From Candidatus Hydrothermarchaeales archaeon (GTDB lineage Archaea; Hydrothermarchaeota; Hydrothermarchaeia; Hydrothermarchaeales; JAZGAD01), in contig JAZGAD010000010.1 in NCBI GenBank assembly GCA_036444275.1, forward strand, positions 1 through 64,000: 64,000 nt of DNA, in the 5' to 3' direction. Positions 58,608-64,000 of the stretch are shown piece by piece. Under the pieces are notes generated by a model. The model was not told the origin of the DNA and made no database searches. It saw only the letters and a list, made by a program, of their open reading frames with translations. The first letter of the stretch is position 1. The number at the start of each line of letters is the position of its first letter. A program made the translations under genes and the position numbers.

Positions 58608-59318
58608 ATGAGAAAGATACTCCCACTAGCTGTCATCCTTATCTTGATCCTAGCGGTCGGCTACTTTTACTTGTCTCAGAGACCGAGAGAAGAACTCGTA
58701 GGCTCCGAGGCAATAGGAGAAAACGCCCGAATTCTCACCATTAAGACCGAAGTCAAGGGCGTAGAGCACACGAGGCATGACATAGAGTACACCAGAGAAG
58801 AACGGACTTTCAGGAACTATTTCGACTCCAAACTGAGGCCTGCATTGGCCTGGATAAAAGGAAACGCACCTGAAGATGCTGTCTTCCTCTGTTGGTGGGA
58901 CTATGGGCATATGATACGTGGCTATACCGAGAGAGACGCAGTGGTATATAGTCCTTCTAAGGGCATAATGGAGACTGTATCCAGCGGCAAGTGGGACACC
59001 TCCGCTAGTGGAGACTTCTCTACAGAGGAAAGGATAAGAGAAGTAGCTCTAGCCCTAACAGCAAGAGATCCAAAAGAAACTCTTGATATAATGAAAAAAT
59101 ACAGAGCTAACTATGTCTTTATAACCGCAGAGGATTCTGCGAAGAGCTTTGCCATCTTCTCTAGCTTGGGCTACGACCCCTCTGAGTATCTAGTGGATTG
59201 GAAGCCTACAGAGAAAGCCATGGAAACTATGCTCTTCAAGATGCTCGGGCACGAGCGGGTAGAGGGCTTGAACCTGCTGTATTCAGATGAATTCGTGAAA
59301 ATCTATGGGCTAGAATGA
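58608..59318 (+). CDS. Membrane-anchored stand-alone AglB/STT3 C-terminal (WWDYG) domain protein
   Basis: One N-terminal TM; AL.WIK.N.P.DAV.LCWWDYGH.I, KYRANYV, D.AK and LYSDEFVKIY. Confidence 0.75.
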   Translation: MRKILPLAVILILILAVGYFYLSQRPREELVGSEAIGENARILTIKTEVKGVEHTRHDIEYTREERTFRNYFDSKLRPALAWIKGNAPEDAVFLCWWDYGHMIRGYTERDAVVYSPSKGIMETVSSGKWDTSASGDFSTEERIREVALALTARDPKETLDIMKKYRANYVFITAEDSAKSFAIFSSLGYDPSEYLVDWKPTEKAMETMLFKMLGHERVEGLNLLYSDEFVKIYGLE

Positions 59319-59720
59319 AAGGGCCTACTACTATTTCTGGCTTTGGAACTTACCTCGAAGTCTGCTGCAATCTTTTCCTCAAAGGCCTTTCTATCGCTCC
59401 TAGCAGTAACTCCTTCCGTCTCTAAGAGCCCATACATTCTCTACAGAGAGACCCCGCATTATGGTATAGCCCTTCGTTGCTCCAGAAGGCTGCATCCTGA
59501 TGTCTAAACAGGAAGTGTCGATATCGCCACTCACATCTAGTTTCTCAAGGCTCGCAGGAAGGCGGGTTAGAGTCTCTCTTCTTGTGCTTTTGGTGGGATG
59601 ATCGAAAATCTCGAGCTCGGTTTTTGTGCGGGAAACCTAATATGTTAGAATAACTATTACAGTTCTCATGATCATGCAATATGTACGTGTACGGGAAAAT
59701 AAAAACGTTGGTGTGTTGCG

Positions 59721-60518
59721 ATGCGGTTAGCATCGATTGTCATGATAGCCCTTCTCAGATACGAGACAACGAAAAGGTGCATAGAGAGCATTTTTGAGAG
59801 AACCATGGCGCCCTTTGAGCTGATAGTCGTCGCTGTGGACTGTGAGAAGAAGATGAGAGAATTTTTTGAGGACCTTCAGAGGAAAAAGAAGAACCTAAAG
59901 GTCATCCATATAAAAAGCGGTCTGGGAACAACCGGCTCCAGAAATGTCGGCATACGAGCCTGTTCTGGGGATTATATAGTGTTTATGGACAACGATGCTC
60001 TTGTGAGCGAGGGATGGTTGGGAAAGTTGGAGAGGGTGGCTGAAAGCTCTCCGGATATCGGCCTTGTGGGCCCTAAAATCCTCAGGAAGAGCGGTGAGAT
60101 TTATTATTGCAGCAAGTATATGAACGCGAAAGTGGAAGGGGGAAAAGTGGTGGAGATGGGCCTCAGCAAGACAGAAGTCTATAGCGGTGATGACCCCGAG
60201 GTCAACAGACAGGAGGAGGTGGTGTGGTATCCCACCACAACCCTGCTCGTAAAAAGGGAGGTGATAGAAAAAGTTGGGGGTTTTGATGAAGCATTTTTTC
60301 TTGTGGATGAGGACAAGGACCTCTGTCTGAGCGCGAGAGAAGCTGGCTACAAAACAATATATGCGCCATATGCAGAAGTTGTTCACCTTCACGACTATCG
60401 TCTGGTGGATAGGCACAACACCTACCACAAGAACTTCAGGCTCAGGATGGACCTGATAGAAAAGGACAACAAAAATTTTGAGAAGAAGTGGGGCCTGAGA
60501 CTTGTTGACATATGGTAG
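59721..60518 (+). CDS. GT2 glycosyltransferase
   Basis: SRNVGI..CSGDYIVFMDND, VGPK, VGGFDEAFF..EDKDLC and VVH motifs. Confidence 0.9.
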   Translation: MRLASIVMIALLRYETTKRCIESIFERTMAPFELIVVAVDCEKKMREFFEDLQRKKKNLKVIHIKSGLGTTGSRNVGIRACSGDYIVFMDNDALVSEGWLGKLERVAESSPDIGLVGPKILRKSGEIYYCSKYMNAKVEGGKVVEMGLSKTEVYSGDDPEVNRQEEVVWYPTTTLLVKREVIEKVGGFDEAFFLVDEDKDLCLSAREAGYKTIYAPYAEVVHLHDYRLVDRHNTYHKNFRLRMDLIEKDNKNFEKKWGLRLVDIW

Positions 60519-60664
60519 AAAGATACTCGATGAGGGCGAAGTTTAACTATTTAACTCTAATGAGGTAAATGGCTTTGGAACAAAAATACCTCAGCTCATC
60601 TTCCTTAAAGCGGTGGACCTATACCTGCTCGATCTTTATATTAGGGTTACGATGATTATGATAC

Positions 60665-61180
60665 CTATGGTCTTGCCTTCTTTAGAAGCTCGTACAACTC
60701 TCTTGCAAGGCCATTGAATTCATACTCCTCATCCCAGAAATCGCCTACGTCATAACCCTTTCTCTCGTACTCCAGTGCCTGGATTAGAAGCTCTAACTTA
60801 TCGGCCTGCTTCACCGATTTAGCCTCAGGGCTCTTGCCCTTGACATACTCCCCCCACAGCTTTCTGTATCCAGGAAAATGTTTCAATGCCTCGTCTATGG
60901 CTCGCTCCTCGATCTCCCTTTTCTCAGGATATCTTGGAGAAAATATGCTGATATCCCCAACCCTCGCCTCTTGGAGGTCATGTAGGAGGGCCATCCTTAT
61001 AACCTTCTCAACATCTAGCTTTTCCTCATCGGCAAGAAGCATCGAGAGGAATGCCACGCCCAGTGCATGCTCTGCAACGCTCTCTGCCTCGCGAACGCCC
61101 CTAAGCTTCCAGCCCTCTCTAGAAGTCAGCTTAAGTCTTTCCACCTCTTCTATAAGCCTCAATAAATGCTTGGCATTCAT
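60665..61180 (-). CDS. HD-domain hydrolase (YfbR/HDDC2-like 5'-deoxynucleotidase)
   Basis: LK...REGW, ESVAEH, ALLHDL.EA.VGDI and ADKLE motifs. Confidence 0.88.
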   Translation of the reverse strand: MNAKHLLRLIEEVERLKLTSREGWKLRGVREAESVAEHALGVAFLSMLLADEEKLDVEKVIRMALLHDLQEARVGDISIFSPRYPEKREIEERAIDEALKHFPGYRKLWGEYVKGKSPEAKSVKQADKLELLIQALEYERKGYDVGDFWDEEYEFNGLARELYELLKKARP

Positions 61181-61228
61181 CTTTCTAGACTATGGTACTA
61201 ATTTTATATAAAAATGAATTGAAAAGAT

Positions 61229-62125
61229 ATGACTATGGAGATAATATTCCTAGGTACAACGGCAGCGGTACCAAGTGTCGAGCGTGGTCACTCAGCCATA
61301 GCATTGAGATACCTGGACGAGGTGCTCTTGTGGGACTGTGGCGAAGGCACCCAGCGGCAGCTAATCAGGGCTAAGATCAGCTACATGAAGATAAAGAAGG
61401 TCTTCGTTACCCACTTTCATGGCGACCACTTCCTTGGTATACCGGGCTTGATCCAGACCATGTCATTCGCTGGTAGAGAAGAGCCCCTTACAGTATACGG
61501 CCCTAGGGGGATAGACAAGCTATTGAAGAACATCTTAGCACTAGGTGATTATACGCTGCGCTTCGAGGTAGTGCCAGAAGAGATAGACGATGGATTTCAT
61601 CTGGAGGAAGAGAAGTACGTTATAAGATGCCTAAACGTGGAGCATTACACCCCTACATATGCCTTGGTCTTTGAGGAAAAGAAGGGAAGGGAGTTTCTGC
61701 CTGAGAAGGCCCTAGCACTGGGTTTGAGACCCGGCCCCAAGTATTCTAGATTGCAGTGTGGAGAAGCAGTGGAACACGAAGGTAGGACAATCCAGCCCGA
61801 CGATGTGCTTGGAGACAAAAAAATGGGCTACAAGATCGTTTATTCCTCTGACACCAGGCCCTGTAGCAACGTGATAGAGGCATGCAAGGATGCAGTATTA
61901 ATCCATGATGGCACTTTCGACGAGGAGCGGAAGAAAAATGCCATCGAGACCATGCATTCCACATGCGCAGAGGCGGCAGAAGTTGCGAGAAAAGGCGGTG
62001 CGAAGAGCCTTTACCTGACCCATATAAGTCCCAGATACAAGGACACCGAGGTCCTGCTGAATGAGGCTAGAAAGATTTTTGACAACTCTAGGGTGGCGAG
62101 GGATTTCTTGAAAGTAGAAATGTGA
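61229..62125 (+). CDS. rnz: Ribonuclease Z
   Basis: FLGT..VPS.ER, DCGEGTQ, THFHGDH, exosite PGP.Y..L, SDTRP, HST and HISPRY. Confidence 0.95.
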   Translation: MTMEIIFLGTTAAVPSVERGHSAIALRYLDEVLLWDCGEGTQRQLIRAKISYMKIKKVFVTHFHGDHFLGIPGLIQTMSFAGREEPLTVYGPRGIDKLLKNILALGDYTLRFEVVPEEIDDGFHLEEEKYVIRCLNVEHYTPTYALVFEEKKGREFLPEKALALGLRPGPKYSRLQCGEAVEHEGRTIQPDDVLGDKKMGYKIVYSSDTRPCSNVIEACKDAVLIHDGTFDEERKKNAIETMHSTCAEAAEVARKGGAKSLYLTHISPRYKDTEVLLNEARKIFDNSRVARDFLKVEM

Positions 62126-62135
62126 TTGTGCAAAG

Positions 62136-63164
62136 ATGATTAATCAAGAGTTAAACCAGGTTGTTAAGGACCTACGGAGTTTTGGACTGAAAAGATACAT
62201 GAGCAAGAAGCATGCTGCACACGTCTGGAGAGAAAAAGACTACCTTGATGGCACTGTTGATGCCGGCGTAATAATCCTTCCTACCCGCGGATGCAGATGG
62301 GGGAGAACCTCTGGTTGCACAATGTGCGGCTATGTATATGACTCCGACCCTTCAAGTAGCCAAGGCGAACTTGTAAAGAAATTCGAGGAAGCTATAGGAA
62401 GACTACAGGGAGTGGAATACCTGAAGATCTTCAACTCAGGCAGCTTCTTTGATCCTAAAGAGCTGAGCTCAAATACCAGGCAGAAGATCCTTTCCATGGT
62501 GAATGGAAGAGGGATAAGGAGGGTACAGGTAGAATCAAGACCTGAGTTCCTGGAGGATAAAGCATTGGGAGAGGCCAAGGAGGCTTCGGAAGCTGAACTG
62601 GAAATCGGCCTCGGCCTGGAGACTACTAATGACGACATACGAAGAGACTGTATCAACAAGAACGCCACATTAGAAGATTTTAAAGAAGCCATTGATCTCT
62701 GTAGACGTAGCGATATCCTCGTGAAGGCATATCTCCTGCTAAAGCCGCCCTTCCTGACTGAGAGAGAAGCGCTAAGAGATGCAGTGAACTCTGCAGTTGA
62801 AGCACAAGCGCTAGGAGCATCGAGGATATCTTTCAATCCTGTGAATATACAGAGGGGCACCCTGGTGGAGTATTTATGGAAGAGAGGGGAATACCGGCCT
62901 CCCTGGCTGTGGAGCGTTTTAGAGGTGCTGAAGGAAACAGCAACCAAGATTAAGGTGCCGGTGCTGAGTCATCCAACGGCAGCTGGCAGAGCCAGGGGAG
63001 CGCATAACTGCGGCCGGTGCGACAGCGAAGTGCGCGATGCGGTAATGAATTTCTCAATCACACAGGATGCCAAGTTCTTAAATGGTCCAGCCTGTGACTG
63101 CATTGATATATGGATGGATCATCTGGAGTTGGAACAGTTAACACACGGTGTAATAGCCAGATAA
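62136..63164 (+). CDS. Radical SAM protein RaSEA (archaeosine biosynthesis; TIGR01210-type)
   Basis: TRGCRW....GCTMCGY, KIFNSGSFFD, ESRPE, GLET, LLKPPFL and YRPPWLWS. Confidence 0.85.
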   Translation: MINQELNQVVKDLRSFGLKRYMSKKHAAHVWREKDYLDGTVDAGVIILPTRGCRWGRTSGCTMCGYVYDSDPSSSQGELVKKFEEAIGRLQGVEYLKIFNSGSFFDPKELSSNTRQKILSMVNGRGIRRVQVESRPEFLEDKALGEAKEASEAELEIGLGLETTNDDIRRDCINKNATLEDFKEAIDLCRRSDILVKAYLLLKPPFLTEREALRDAVNSAVEAQALGASRISFNPVNIQRGTLVEYLWKRGEYRPPWLWSVLEVLKETATKIKVPVLSHPTAAGRARGAHNCGRCDSEVRDAVMNFSITQDAKFLNGPACDCIDIWMDHLELEQLTHGVIAR

Positions 63165-63203
63165 GAAGAAAATAACTATGCATAATTGCTTTCATTCAAT
63201 TTT

Positions 63204-64000
63204 TTATCCCGTTGCTTTTGCAAGGAAATTCTCGATCATCTTGGGATAGGAGAGCACATGTAAATGGGAGTAACTGGCTAGAGTATTCCCACGGAGAATG
63301 CCGTCCCTTTTTCCATCTATGCCTCTCCCCCTTATCATCTCGCAGACGTATTCAACGTCGCCTAAAAGCTTAATAGTCGAGTGATGGAACTCGTGCCCCA
63401 CTAGAGTGGCACCGCTATCGCTTATAGGGTTATCCTTCTCGACCCTGCTTACAGTATATCCTAGGGCTTGAAACGTCGACTTCATCTGGGTCTTAATCGG
63501 CAGGAAGCCCACCATATCGTACTCCCTGCCCCCGGTGGTCATCTTCTCTCCGAGATACATCAAGCCGCCGCACTCTGCATAAACTGGATTACCGGACTCA
63601 CAGAAATCTAAGATCTCACCCTTGAGGGAGGTGTTCTCCTCCAGCTTCTCTGCGAATACCTCTGGGAATCCTCCCCCGATGTAGAGAGCATCCACATCAG
63701 GAAGTCTGCGGTCTTTCATGGAATCTATGTATAACACATGTGCCTTGGCAGCGAATGCATCTATGGTGTCCTCGTAGTAGAAATTAAACGCCCGATCCCT
63801 GACTATACCAATCGTTACGCCCAAATCGTCATCCTTGAATAGCTCGTTCTGCTCAATCTCCTCCATACTACCAGCATCCATAGCCAGTTCGATTATGCCG
63901 TCAACGTCAACGTGCTTCTCTACGAACGCGCTGAGGTACTCAAAGAGCTCATCTATCTCCTCCCGTTCATAGGCAGGTACCAAGCCGAGGTGCCTTTCAG
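63204..64000 (-). CDS. Cobyrinate a,c-diamide synthase family (CbiA/CobB/CfbB), C-terminal glutaminase part; runs off window end
   Basis: RHLGLVP, AFNFYY, LYIGGGFPE, YAECGGLMYL, GHEFH.S and ASYSHLH. Confidence 0.9.
   Translation of the reverse strand, partial: ERHLGLVPAYEREEIDELFEYLSAFVEKHVDVDGIIELAMDAGSMEEIEQNELFKDDDLGVTIGIVRDRAFNFYYEDTIDAFAAKAHVLYIDSMKDRRLPDVDALYIGGGFPEVFAEKLEENTSLKGEILDFCESGNPVYAECGGLMYLGEKMTTGGREYDMVGFLPIKTQMKSTFQALGYTVSRVEKDNPISDSGATLVGHEFHHSTIKLLGDVEYVCEMIRGRGIDGKRDGILRGNTLASYSHLHVLSYPKMIENFLAKATG

Noticed and set aside
59320-59720. Possible gene remnant or further cassette downstream of the array
   Set aside because: No attC-like hairpin and no recognisable protein motif in any frame.
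59895-62947. Long antisense ORFs such as 59895-60428 and 62330-62947 (and many similar across the window)
   Set aside because: They lie fully opposite well-supported genes and show no motifs; expected shadows.

Overview
Archaeal chromosomal window. Histone, NAC, LonB, RaSEA, CetZ-like tubulin, HdrBC and archaeal-type AlaRS/PheRS point to a euryarchaeote-like anaerobe; the finer taxonomy is not determinable here. Most of it is housekeeping and metabolic genes, plus two tRNAs and a glucosylglycerate-type compatible-solute cluster (13.0-19.2 kb). The outstanding element is an integron-like locus at about 46.76-58.45 kb. It has a tyrosine recombinase (split by one extra G in a G6 run), a candidate attI (GTTAGGC at 47868) and five co-oriented cassettes, each closed by an attC-type hairpin. 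It is non-canonical in three ways. (i) The recombinase lacks the IntI-specific insertion but carries an N-terminal HARP-like extension. (ii) It is transcribed toward the array, with attI at its 3' end. (iii) The first cassette is about 7.3 kb and holds a partly decayed operon for a probable mannosylated di-myo-inositol-phosphate pathway. The other four cassettes carry a toxin-antitoxin pair and HEPN-like, HNH and PD-(D/E)XK proteins. Smaller observations include a Fic gene bracketed by a 17-bp tRNA-Thr 3'-end duplication, several palindromic operators, pseudogene stubs and a stand-alone WWDYG domain. All protein calls come from motif recognition by eye; no searches were run.
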